Origin: Bacillota bacterium
GTDB taxonomy: Bacteria; Bacillota; Clostridia; Christensenellales; Pumilibacteraceae
NCBI GenBank assembly: GCA_009787385.1
Contig: WRGC01000006.1
Location: forward strand, 2,657-66,656
Direction: 5' to 3'
DNA: 64,000 nucleotides
Shown here: positions 8,901 through 17,755 of the stretch, one piece after another
Position numbering within the stretch: the stretch's first letter is position 1
Layout: every line of letters starts with the position of its first letter
The notes under the pieces: generated by a model
The model's database searches: none
Seen by the model: only the letters and a program-made list of their open reading frames with translations
What the model was told of the DNA's origin: nothing
Translations under genes and position numbers: made by a program

Positions 8901-10502
8901 ATGGAACATTTTGCAATTTGTATTAGGTGCAAAAATAGCATGCTATTGAGAAAAATGCATGCCGGCAATTTTGTTTGTCCATTGTGTGGCAAGGATTTTG
9001 GTACTCAACCTGAAAATATATCAGGTTTGTTGGTTCAGTTTGATATTGCCAATCAATCTTATGAGACAGGACAGGAGTATTTTAGAAATACTGATTTTGG
9101 TGAAGCTTTAAAGTATTTTGAGCAAGCCAAACAATACAACCCCAATCACTATCTAGCAGTATATTTTGCTCATATGTGCAAAATATACGAACAAGAAAGC
9201 ACCAAGGATTTTGATTTAATAGAAAATATTGTAAATACTTTGATAGAGTCTGTCAAAATTGCAGTTTTGGCAAGAATTGAAATATCTAAGAGATTGGGTT
9301 TTTTTATACTCATTTTTAATGAGTGTACTATTTTGATATCCAATTTTTATAAAAAAATCACTGGGAATCTTGAACAAATAGATCACAATACACGCAATAA
9401 ATTGCGTCAAGATAGTCTCAAATTTGCAATTTCTCTTAGAAGAATAATTAGTATAGATAAAGAAGATGTATTAGCTCACAATCCTAACATATCTAAGTTT
9501 TGTCTTACAATATCAGATTTGGGTATTATGGCATGCAATACTGTTGTTCAACCATATGTAGTACAAAATAGCAAGCTTGTATCAGAGCTAAATTTGCCAT
9601 CAGATAGTCAATACTATAGGGTTAAGAATCTATGTAGAGACTTTATGTCGTATGCTCAATCATTAAAGGTTGGATTTGTGCAAAGTGCATCTACAAATTA
9701 TGGTGATGTACTGTTGTATATAGATAAACATGTAATACCTATGAGAAATAGATATTACGAAACCAACAAGGCTTATACCAATAGATTTTTGTCGTACTAT
9801 CCAGATATATTTAAGAGATTGTCTAGTACTTCTAGTTTTGCTGTCAAGTATGCACATCGTATATGCTTTCATGATTTGTTTGGCAAAAAGAGTGAGTATT
9901 ATGATTTGCTGATTTATGAGAGTGTAGACAACTGTTTTGACAGTCTTATGCCTCGTATACAACTATTGGAAAAAGGTAAAAAAGTAGACATATATTGTAT
10001 ATCTCTTAGAGAAAGTCTATTGTTAGCAAGTCATCTCAACGACTTTTTGAGAGAATTGTACAAAATTAATAGAGAATATGCTATCAAAAAAGTGTATAGT
10101 TATTTTAGATATGTCTATGATGGTGTACATAGGTATTATCAAAGAGTAAAAAAGAATTATTTCAAAGTTAGTCCTCGCCTTGATGAAGATGAATATAGAT
10201 TGGAGCTTGGGAGATATCTCAACTTTTTGTATCAAGTTGTTTCTACATGTGTATTGACTGCGTTGGTAGTAGATATAGACAAGAATGTAGTAGACAATAA
10301 GAGAGATGATATGTTGCAGTTGGCTTTAGATGCATGTATAGCATTTGATAGTATGTCGGATATAGATGCTACAAGTATAACAGATCTAGAGAGATTTAGT
10401 GATTTTGAGGAATTATTTGATATTGTTAAGGCTGCATGTGGACTAGATAGGGGGCTTGCAAAGCCAAATAATGCCAACAAAAAGATATTTAAATTTGGTT
10501 AA
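8901..10502 (+). CDS. Hypothetical 533-aa protein with an N-terminal zinc ribbon and a TPR-like segment
   Basis: SD AAGGGGA. CIRCKN...CPLCGK (CxxC..CxxC), then YETGQEYFRNTDFGEALKYFEQAKQYNPNH. The rest is helical and unrecognised. Confidence 0.6.
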   Translation: MEHFAICIRCKNSMLLRKMHAGNFVCPLCGKDFGTQPENISGLLVQFDIANQSYETGQEYFRNTDFGEALKYFEQAKQYNPNHYLAVYFAHMCKIYEQESTKDFDLIENIVNTLIESVKIAVLARIEISKRLGFFILIFNECTILISNFYKKITGNLEQIDHNTRNKLRQDSLKFAISLRRIISIDKEDVLAHNPNISKFCLTISDLGIMACNTVVQPYVVQNSKLVSELNLPSDSQYYRVKNLCRDFMSYAQSLKVGFVQSASTNYGDVLLYIDKHVIPMRNRYYETNKAYTNRFLSYYPDIFKRLSSTSSFAVKYAHRICFHDLFGKKSEYYDLLIYESVDNCFDSLMPRIQLLEKGKKVDIYCISLRESLLLASHLNDFLRELYKINREYAIKKVYSYFRYVYDGVHRYYQRVKKNYFKVSPRLDEDEYRLELGRYLNFLYQVVSTCVLTALVVDIDKNVVDNKRDDMLQLALDACIAFDSMSDIDATSITDLERFSDFEELFDIVKAACGLDRGLAKPNNANKKIFKFG

Positions 10503-10672
10503 TAAAATTATTTTATGGATTGTTTTGCATGTAAATATGTGAGACAATTCTTTTTTGAACAACAATCTATGCATACAGATTTTTTGATGACTAGTTGTGT
10601 AGATAATTAATTTATATTGACATGATTTGATAATGTGTTGTATAATGCAAATATTGATAGAAGTTAAAGATT

Positions 10673-10851
10673 GAGAGTATACAAATAGAGATTATTAACA
10701 ATAGTATACAAATAACAAAATAAGCATTATTCTTTTTTGACCCCAAAAAAGAATCAAAAAAGCTCTTGGGGGCGAATCCCCCAGAACGCTTTAAGGTTGA
10801 TTTTATTTAAGTTGTTACTTTCTCTCATCTAATGTTTTTGTTTGTACACTC
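10673..10851 (+). repeat. Intergenic TIR/hairpin element, copy 2
   Basis: GAGAGTATACAAATAGAG...TTATTCTTTTTTGACCCCAAAAAAGAATCAAAAAAGCTCTTGGGGGCGAATCCCCCAGAACGCTTTAAGGTTG...TTTGTACACTC. Confidence 0.9.
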
Positions 10852-10895
10852 CTTAAAGATTTATCATAATTATTTTAATCAACATATATTATACA

Positions 10896-11816
10896 ATGAC
10901 CAAACTAAATATATTTGATTTTCATAATGACATTGTTACTAGTGAAGAATTGATACTCAATCAAAAATTGGATTGGATAATAGAGCAGTCTAAATGCAAT
11001 GGTATCATACTTGCACTATGGACTAGCAAGAAGTCGTTGACTTTAGAAAATATCAAATCTATTTTGCAACCATACATTGATTTAAATTTGCCAAATGTAT
11101 ACTTTAGTATAGAAGATATCAATATCCATGATTATAGGCTTGTTGATTTGAAGTATGTCAATAATGATATTTATGGCACATATGAAAAAAATAAATATTT
11201 ATTTTTTTGTGAGCTTGCAACTATGCCTTTTTTGTTTTATGGTATAGTTTGGAACAACTCCAATAGATATGCAAGCAGTTGTATGAGTGGCAATATAGAA
11301 GATTGTGATGGATTGACGCATGATGGAAAAATATTTTTACATACCTTGTTGCAACACAATAAGGTTGTAGATACAGCGCATGCAAGTAGAAATAGTTTTT
11401 ATGATATTTTAGATTGTGTTCAAGGCAAAAATATAGTGTGTAGTCACGCGTGTTTTGAACCTGTATATAAACACCCTCGCAATTTGGATTATTATCAATG
11501 CAAATCTCTAGTGGAGTGTGATGGGTTGGTAGGTTTGACATTAGTCAAAAATTTTTTGTGTGAACATGATACAAAAGATACTTGGATACAGCGAGTTGTT
11601 AGACATATTGACTGGTTTGTACAAAATTTTGGGGTAGACAATTTGTGTATAGGTACAGATTTTTTTGGGACTAGTCCGTTGCCTACATTGAGTAGTTATG
11701 ACGAAATTGCAATACTTAGAGATTTTTTGGTGAATTTGGGATACAACAACGGTGATATAGATAAGTTGATGTTTTCTAACTTGCAAAACTATATTAGTAG
11801 GATATTTTATGGATAA
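10896..11816 (+). CDS. Membrane-dipeptidase-family (peptidase M19) protein
   Basis: The order of motifs DFHNDIV, IVWNNSN, GLTHDGK, DTAHAS, CSHACF..KHPRN and GTDFFG parallels the M19 signatures DGHNDL, WN..N, GLT, D.SH, SHS..H.RN and G.DFDG. Confidence 0.65.
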   Translation: MTKLNIFDFHNDIVTSEELILNQKLDWIIEQSKCNGIILALWTSKKSLTLENIKSILQPYIDLNLPNVYFSIEDINIHDYRLVDLKYVNNDIYGTYEKNKYLFFCELATMPFLFYGIVWNNSNRYASSCMSGNIEDCDGLTHDGKIFLHTLLQHNKVVDTAHASRNSFYDILDCVQGKNIVCSHACFEPVYKHPRNLDYYQCKSLVECDGLVGLTLVKNFLCEHDTKDTWIQRVVRHIDWFVQNFGVDNLCIGTDFFGTSPLPTLSSYDEIAILRDFLVNLGYNNGDIDKLMFSNLQNYISRIFYG

Positions 11817-13266
11817 AAATATATACAATAATCCACTTACAGATAGGTATTGTAGTGTGGAGATGAGTGAGATATTTAGTCCACTGCATATGGCAAAAGT
11901 ATGGCGACAGCTTTGGATAGTTTTGGCAAAGGGACAACGAGAGTTGGGACTAAATATTAGTCAAGAACAAATTGATGATTTGGTTGCTTATTCAAATGAT
12001 ATAGATTTTGATGTGATAGAATATCATGAGCAAAGAATACGACATGATGTAATGTCTCATCTTTATGCGTATGGTGAGCAAGCAAAGTTGGCAAAGCCTA
12101 TTTTGCATTTGGGTGCAACTAGCAATTATATAAAAGATAATACTGACCTAATTTTGTTCAAACAAGCATTGCAATTGGTAAAGGCTAAATTATTATTAGT
12201 AATAAAACAATTAAGCAAGTTTGCATTGTTGTACAAAGATTTGCCAACATTAGGATGGACACATTTGCAACCCGCACAGCCTACAACCGTAGGCAAGAGA
12301 GCAACACTGTGGTTGTTTGATTTTGTGCAAGATTTTGACAAACTTGAGTATTTGTTGAGTACTTTGAGATTGCGTGGGTTGAAAGGTACTACAGGTACTC
12401 AAGCTAGTTTTTTGGACTTGTTTGATGGACAAGCTTCAAAAACAACAGAGTTAGAAGATAAAATAGCAAGTCATTTTGACTTTAAGGGCGTATACGCAAT
12501 TACAGGACAATCGTACTCTCGCAAGGTGGACTATGATATTTTGTCAATGTTGTCTAGTATTGCACAAAGTGCATCTAAGTTTGGTACTGATATGCGATTG
12601 TTGGCAAGCATTAAAGAGATAGAAGAGCCATTTGAACAAGAGCAAGTAGGTAGTTCTGCCATGGCATACAAACGCAATCCAATGCGATGTGAGCGGATAT
12701 GTGGGTTGTCTAGATTTGTGATATCATTGCCTATCAATACTAGTATCACGGCTAGCACACAATGGCTAGAACGGACACTAGATGATAGTGCTAATAGACG
12801 AATTGTCATGTCACAGGGCTTTTTGGCTATAGACTCTATACTCAATTTGATGATTGATGTCACTAACAATATAGTAGTGTATCCAAATGTAGTGCAAAGC
12901 AACTTACAAAAAGAACTTCCATTTATGACTACAGAGAATATTTTGATGAATGCTGTAAAATTGGGTGGTGATAGGCAACAATTGCATGAAGCAATTAGAC
13001 AACATAGCATGCAAGTTTCCAAAAATATAAAGCAAAGTATAGAAAGAGAAAATATAAGTTGTGAAAATTCAAATGATTTAATTAGGCGACTAAAGCAAGA
13101 TAAGTTGTTTAGCAAAGTCAACTTTGATGAAATACTTCAGCCTTGTTTGTATATAGGGTTGGCATCACATCAAACTCAAGACTATATAGAAAATGTTGTA
13201 AATCCAATTTTGGATATTAATAAAAAGTTGATAGATGATGTTGTGTTGCATAAAATTTCTGTTTAG
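11809..13266 (+). CDS. purB: Adenylosuccinate lyase
   Basis: The N-terminus NPLTDRYCSVEMSEIFS...W..LW and the fumarate-lyase signature GSSAMAYKRNP. Overlaps the upstream gene by 8 nt (ATGGATAA). Confidence 0.9.
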   Translation: MDKNIYNNPLTDRYCSVEMSEIFSPLHMAKVWRQLWIVLAKGQRELGLNISQEQIDDLVAYSNDIDFDVIEYHEQRIRHDVMSHLYAYGEQAKLAKPILHLGATSNYIKDNTDLILFKQALQLVKAKLLLVIKQLSKFALLYKDLPTLGWTHLQPAQPTTVGKRATLWLFDFVQDFDKLEYLLSTLRLRGLKGTTGTQASFLDLFDGQASKTTELEDKIASHFDFKGVYAITGQSYSRKVDYDILSMLSSIAQSASKFGTDMRLLASIKEIEEPFEQEQVGSSAMAYKRNPMRCERICGLSRFVISLPINTSITASTQWLERTLDDSANRRIVMSQGFLAIDSILNLMIDVTNNIVVYPNVVQSNLQKELPFMTTENILMNAVKLGGDRQQLHEAIRQHSMQVSKNIKQSIERENISCENSNDLIRRLKQDKLFSKVNFDEILQPCLYIGLASHQTQDYIENVVNPILDINKKLIDDVVLHKISV

Positions 13267-13318
13267 AAACTTATAATTGCAATAAACAACTTATTTGTAA
13301 TTTAAGGATAATTTTGTA

Positions 13319-13515
13319 GAGTGTATAATTAGAGATTCTTAACAACAAGATACAAACAATCAACCAAAACAGCGATATTCTTTTTTGACGCCAAAAAAGA
13401 ACCAAAAAAGCACTTGGGGGGGGGCGAATCCCCCCCAAAAACCCCCGAACGCTTTAAGGTTGTTTTTTATTTATGTATATTACTTCTTTACATCTTAATG
13501 TACTCTATGACACTT
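13319..13515 (+). repeat. Intergenic TIR/hairpin element, copy 3 (G9/C7 core; right TIR degenerate)
   Basis: GAGTGTATAATTAGAG...ATATTCTTTTTTGACGCCAAAAAAGAACCAAAAAAGCACTTGGGGGGGGGCGAATCCCCCCCAAAAACCCCCGAACGCTTTAAGGTTG...AATGTACTCTATGACAC. Confidence 0.9.
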
Positions 13516-13554
13516 TTATAGATTAATGTATTTTTATATACTATATTAATATTA

Positions 13555-14166
13555 ATGGCAGTTATTAGTCAAATTACAATGCAAAACAAAAATAAAAAGC
13601 GTGTCAATTTGTATATTGATGGCAATTTTTGTTGTGGATTAGAGACAATTACTGTATTGAAACACAATTTGATTGAAGGACAGATTGTAGATTTGGATTA
13701 CTTAAGTCAGTTGCAGTTGGAGAGCGAAAAAAATACGGCATTTGATAAAGCTATAAGGTATATATCCATACGCATGCGTAGTCAGTTAGAGATAGAAAAT
13801 TATTTAAAGGATAAGGGTTATTTGCAGGCGACAATTGACTATTGTATAGAAAAACTATTAGATTATAAGTACATTAATGATGAAAGTTTTGCAAAGAATT
13901 ATATTGCAAGCAAAGGGTATAAAAATGGAAAACGCAAGCTTGAGTATGAGTTGCACAACTTTGGTATAGACAAAGACATAATAGACAATTGTTTAGACAA
14001 TTTGGATAGTCACAAATCATTGCTAGATTTGATAGAAAAAAAATATAGAGGTGATAAGCAAAAGATAATTGAGTATTGTTTGGGTAGGGGTTTTGTGTTT
14101 AGTGAAATTAGGCAAGCTTTGGATGTTTTTTTGGAAGGTGTTGAAAGTGATATGAATGTTGAATAA
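13555..14166 (+). CDS. recX: Recombination regulator RecX
   Basis: 203 aa. Contains VNLYIDG..., AFDKAIRYISIRMRSQLEIENYLKDKGY and repeated three-helix units (..DESFAKNYI..) typical of RecX. Confidence 0.8.
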   Translation: MAVISQITMQNKNKKRVNLYIDGNFCCGLETITVLKHNLIEGQIVDLDYLSQLQLESEKNTAFDKAIRYISIRMRSQLEIENYLKDKGYLQATIDYCIEKLLDYKYINDESFAKNYIASKGYKNGKRKLEYELHNFGIDKDIIDNCLDNLDSHKSLLDLIEKKYRGDKQKIIEYCLGRGFVFSEIRQALDVFLEGVESDMNVE

Positions 14167-14226
14167 GTAAATAGTATTGCTGCAACAATTTGTCCTACTA
14201 TTATTGATAAATTCTTAGTTTATTAG

Positions 14227-14340
14227 GAGTATACAAACAAAGTACATTGTTAAAATCAACATTTTGGGAATTAAAAAAGAATTAAGTTGGTTTTGTTGAA
14301 AGTTTGTATGTTATTGTAATAACTCTCGTTGTACGCTCTC
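14227..14340 (-). repeat. Intergenic element, internally deleted copy (both termini kept, hairpin core missing)
   Basis: GAGTATACAAACAAAGTACATTGTTAAAATCAACATT...GGTTTTGTTGAAAGTTTGTATGTTATTGTAATAACTCTCGTTGTACGCTCTC. Only 114 bp, versus about 190 bp for full copies. Confidence 0.75.
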
Positions 14341-14371
14341 TTTTATTTCATTGCTAGTTGTTGTATTATTT

Positions 14372-14722
14372 ATGATAGGTATAGATATAATAAACATAGA
14401 CAGAATAGCTAAATTGATTTCACAATCTCACTTTGTAGCTTCTAAAATATTTTGTGAACAAGAGTGGCAATACTATATGTATAGTGGCTCAAGGGTAGAG
14501 ACATTGGCGGGTATGTTTTGTGCTAAAGAAAGTTTTGTAAAAGCTATGGGTTGTGGTTTTGGTGATATTAGTATGACTGATGTATGTGTATGTCATACAA
14601 ATTTAGGACAACCGTATATTGTAGCTAGTAACAAGGCAAGAGAGTTGTTGTGTGGAAAAATTCCACAATTGTCTATTAGTCATAGTGGTAGTGTAGCTGT
14701 GGCTGTATGTGTGTTGTTGTAA
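14372..14722 (+). CDS. acpS: Holo-[acyl-carrier-protein] synthase
   Basis: MIGIDIINIDRI..., LAGMFCAKESFVKAMG.G and ISHSGSVAVAV. The start is placed at the conserved MIGID (the track ORF begins at 14351). Confidence 0.85.
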   Translation: MIGIDIINIDRIAKLISQSHFVASKIFCEQEWQYYMYSGSRVETLAGMFCAKESFVKAMGCGFGDISMTDVCVCHTNLGQPYIVASNKARELLCGKIPQLSISHSGSVAVAVCVLL

Positions 14723-14828
14723 TGTATTCAATATTTTAATTGTTGCAGTTGACTTTGTTATGCTAATAAATTCAATACAAAAATTAGAAATTTTAAATAG
14801 GTATAATTTAGTAAAAAAAAGGAGATAA

Positions 14829-15029
14829 ATGATGAGTAAGTATCAAGTGGATATCAATAATGAGCAATACGAGTCTGCAACGGATAAGGCTTCTAATCTT
14901 GGATTGAGTGTGCAAGAATATATCACATATATTGTTCACAATCACTTAGATGCTTTGCATAGTATAAAGATAGCAGACTTTCAAAATGCTTATTTTGATG
15001 ATATACTTTTAGGAATAAGCGATATATAA
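14829..15029 (+). CDS. Putative ribbon-helix-helix antitoxin (MazE/EndoAI position)
   Basis: Strong SD AAGGAGATAA. The beta-alpha-alpha pattern KYQVDINNEQYESATDKASNLGLSVQEYITYIVHNHL. Located just upstream of mazF and after acpS, as in the Bacillus ydcB...ndoAI-ndoA region. Confidence 0.5.
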   Translation: MMSKYQVDINNEQYESATDKASNLGLSVQEYITYIVHNHLDALHSIKIADFQNAYFDDILLGISDI

Positions 15030-15113
15030 AATTATAATCTCTTCTAATGGTGTTTACATATTAGAGGTGAACCATTAGAGTGAGACGATTGGTAATTAAA
15101 TTGGCAATTGTAT

Positions 15114-15488
15114 ATGGAGAATGAATTGGAAACTTTAAAGAATGATATTCAAATATTTAGGGGCGATATTTATTATGCAGATCTAAGCCCAGTCCTTGGT
15201 AGCGAACAAGGAGGAATGAGACCTGTGTTGGTAGTGCAAAATGATACAGGCAATAAATTTTCACCAACTATTATAGTGTGTGCAATCACTAGTCAATTGA
15301 CAAAGGCTAGACTTCCTACACATATAGAAGTATCAAAGGGGCAATTTGGTTTGCCTAAAGATAGTGTAATATTATTAGAACAAATTAGAACAATTGATAA
15401 AAGGCGTCTAAAAGACATGTGTGGAAAGTTGGACAACAATTACTTAAGTAAAGTAGACAAAGCTCTAATTGTGTCATTGGGATTATAA
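15114..15488 (+). CDS. mazF: MazF/EndoA-type endoribonuclease toxin
   Basis: [57 protein letters not shown]...[17 protein letters not shown] is nearly collinear with B. subtilis EndoA. The start is ambiguous: TTG 15108, ATG 15114, or TTG 15126, which is preceded by GGAG. Confidence 0.9.
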   Translation: MENELETLKNDIQIFRGDIYYADLSPVLGSEQGGMRPVLVVQNDTGNKFSPTIIVCAITSQLTKARLPTHIEVSKGQFGLPKDSVILLEQIRTIDKRRLKDMCGKLDNNYLSKVDKALIVSLGL

Positions 15489-15577
15489 TAAATTACTTTA
15501 GATCTAATTCACTCAACAAAGTTGTGAGTTAGATTTTTTAATTGTTAGCAAAATATTTGCGTATTAATGATTTTTTA

Positions 15578-15769
15578 GTAGTGTACAACGAACGGTTATT
15601 AACAATAAAATACAAACAATCAACAAAACTAATATTATTCTTTTTTGACGCCAAAAAAGAACCAAAAAAGCTCTTGGGGGGCGAATCCCCCAAAACCCTC
15701 GAACGCTTTAAGGTTGTTTTTATTTAAGTTGTTACTTTTTTTCAATCTTAATGTACTCTTTATACATTT
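15578..15769 (+). repeat. Intergenic TIR/hairpin element, copy 4
   Basis: TAGTGTACAACGAACGG...TTATTCTTTTTTGACGCCAAAAAAGAACCAAAAAAGCTCTTGGGGGGCGAATCCCCCAAAACCCTCGAACGCTTTAAGGTTG...AATGTACTCTTTATACAT. Confidence 0.9.
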
Positions 15770-15851
15770 CTTAAAATAGATACTGATAGCAGTACAATTG
15801 TTCTAATTTTGTTTTATCACATATTTTGTATATATTTCATACTATAATGGT

Positions 15852-17078
15852 ATGAAAATGCATTTTGTAGGATGTAAGGGTGTAAGCATGGCTCAACTGA
15901 TGAAACTAGTAGAAGCACAAGGAATAGAAACTAGTGGTAGCGATGTTCTGTTGAGTGGACACAATGCTATCAATGTATCAGGTGCTGATGTTGTAGTGTA
16001 TACTAGTGCTATAAATTGCGACAATGTGGAGTTGGTTGAAGCAAGGCGATTGGGAATACCAAGAATAGAGAGAGCGGCATTGCTTGGTCAAATTAGTCAA
16101 AATTATGGTTGTATAGTTGCTATTGCAGGTGCTCATGGCAAAACTACTACTACTACTATGATTGGAGCAACATTGAGTAAGCGAAGAGCTACAATACATG
16201 TAGGTGGGGATAGTGTTGGAATAGGTGGCAATTGCGTGCTAGGCAAACAATATTTTGTTACAGAAGCGTGTGAATATAGACGCAATTTTTTGCACCTAAA
16301 ACCTACAGTTGGTGTTATACTCAACTTTGCATTAGATCACATAGATTATTACAAAGATGAAGCGGATTTGTGGGATGCGTATCAGAGTTTTGCTAATATG
16401 AGCAAAACAGTTGTAGCGCATGCTAGTATAGTCTCAAAGCTAGTTCATACAAAAGATATCATTTCCTTTGGAAAAGGTGGTGATTATACAGCACAAGATA
16501 TAAAATTTGATAAAGATGGGACTAATTTTGATTGCTATTATCAAGATACATTGCTTGGAAAAGTACATATAACAACACAGGGATTTTACAATATTGACAA
16601 TGCATTAGCTTGCATTGCAACATGTAAGACAATTGGTATAGAATGGGAAGAATTAAATCAAGGTTTATCAAGTTTTAGTGGGGTAAAAAGGCGTTTTGAA
16701 ATTGTAAAACAAGGGAATTTTGGTACAATAATTAGCGACTACGCTCATCACCCTCAAGAGATAGAACAATGCATTGCAACAGCAAAATCTATATACAAAT
16801 CTGTGAGAGTGATATTTCAACCACACACATATACCAGAACTAAGGCATTTTTGCAAGAGTTTGCTAATTGTTTGTCAAAAGCTAATCAAGTGGCTTTAGC
16901 CCCAATTTTTGCAGCAAGAGAAAATTCTAATGGTACGACTAGTCAAGATTTGGCAAATATAATACCTAATGCAATTTATTTAAAAACAGTTCAAGATATA
17001 GTGGATTTTATATATGGTGGAGATGTAGGAAGTGCAACCATTGTTATGGGAGCAGGTGATATAGAGAGGTTGATTTGA
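15852..17078 (+). CDS. murC: UDP-N-acetylmuramate--L-alanine ligase
   Basis: MHFVGCKGVSMAQL, IAGAHGKTTTTTMI, DYAHHP. Stop is TGA. The start is ATG 15852 or 15858. Confidence 0.85.
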   Translation: MKMHFVGCKGVSMAQLMKLVEAQGIETSGSDVLLSGHNAINVSGADVVVYTSAINCDNVELVEARRLGIPRIERAALLGQISQNYGCIVAIAGAHGKTTTTTMIGATLSKRRATIHVGGDSVGIGGNCVLGKQYFVTEACEYRRNFLHLKPTVGVILNFALDHIDYYKDEADLWDAYQSFANMSKTVVAHASIVSKLVHTKDIISFGKGGDYTAQDIKFDKDGTNFDCYYQDTLLGKVHITTQGFYNIDNALACIATCKTIGIEWEELNQGLSSFSGVKRRFEIVKQGNFGTIISDYAHHPQEIEQCIATAKSIYKSVRVIFQPHTYTRTKAFLQEFANCLSKANQVALAPIFAARENSNGTTSQDLANIIPNAIYLKTVQDIVDFIYGGDVGSATIVMGAGDIERLI

Positions 17079-17105
17079 TATTAGAACTTGTAAAGCTTAA
17101 TACAG

Positions 17106-17134
17106 TTGACTGTATTTTTATAATCATGTATAAT
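17106..17134 (+). promoter_or_regulatory. Consensus sigma-A-type promoter
   Basis: TTGACT(17106-17111)-N17-TATAAT(17129-17134), 12 nt before ATG 17147. No SD lies between them. Confidence 0.4.
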
Positions 17135-17146
17135 ATATTTATATAT

Positions 17147-17653
17147 ATGACTAATATCTTTGAAGATCAAGATTCTGTAGATGTCATTGCAATTGATGAT
17201 GATTTATCTACACAAGAGCAACCTATATTACCAATTGATGGACAGGTAGATATGTTTGAACCTTTTATTATTGTAGATGCAGACGAACAAGATGATTGGT
17301 TTGATCCAAAGAGTCTAGATGCTAGTACTCCATATGCTAGCCCTAAAATGGATTATGACTTTGATATAGTTTCCAATGATGATGAAGATTGTGAAGAATC
17401 TCAATCAAAACAATACATCGTCGTATTGTATCGTAGTCAAGGCAAAGGTGGAACAAGCCATGTCAAAGTGACTTTAAATCACCAAATGCCAATAGCTAAA
17501 GCTCCAACAAAAGACAATCATATATTTGTAGGCTATTATGATAGTATGATTGGTGGTACGCAATATTACAATAGCACTATGCATAGTACTCACTTGTGGG
17601 ACAAGCCCAATAATAGTATATTGTATGCTAGATTTGTTGAGAATGGACAATAA
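17147..17653 (+). CDS. Hypothetical acidic protein with one Listeria-Bacteroides (Flg_new-type) repeat and no signal peptide
   Basis: The D/E-rich N-terminal half is followed by YIVVLYRSQGKGGTSHVKVTLNHQMPIAKAPTKDNHIFVGYYDS..GGTQYY...WDK.NNSILYARF. The start codon is chosen downstream of the promoter (the track ORF begins at 17075). Confidence 0.5.
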   Translation: MTNIFEDQDSVDVIAIDDDLSTQEQPILPIDGQVDMFEPFIIVDADEQDDWFDPKSLDASTPYASPKMDYDFDIVSNDDEDCEESQSKQYIVVLYRSQGKGGTSHVKVTLNHQMPIAKAPTKDNHIFVGYYDSMIGGTQYYNSTMHSTHLWDKPNNSILYARFVENGQ

Positions 17654-17755
17654 AAATTTATACTTTAATATTGTATATGCATGAAATATATAAAGATAAA
17701 ATTAGAGATTAATTGATAAACAAGTGACAAGATGTAGATTCTGGTATTTGTATAT

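Noticed and set aside
15542-15727. Small ORFs running through element copies (15542-15727, 29674-29856, 49190-49426). They share a peptide-like string ...LLTIKYKQSTK..LFFFDAKKEPKKLLGG..P..ERFKVVF, which could suggest a repeated micro-protein gene.
   Set aside because: The shared peptide simply reflects the conserved DNA. The G/C homopolymer and AAACCCCC copy number differ between copies and break the frame. Most copies have stops in that frame, there is no SD, and copies occur in both orientations relative to the flanking genes.
17075-17078. Possibility of an alternative genetic code (TGA read as Trp), given the low GC content and the Mollicute-like surface repeats.
   Set aside because: TGA terminates well-conserved genes at the expected length, for example murC at 17076-17078. 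Trp is encoded by TGG throughout, and all conserved proteins are full length under code 11.
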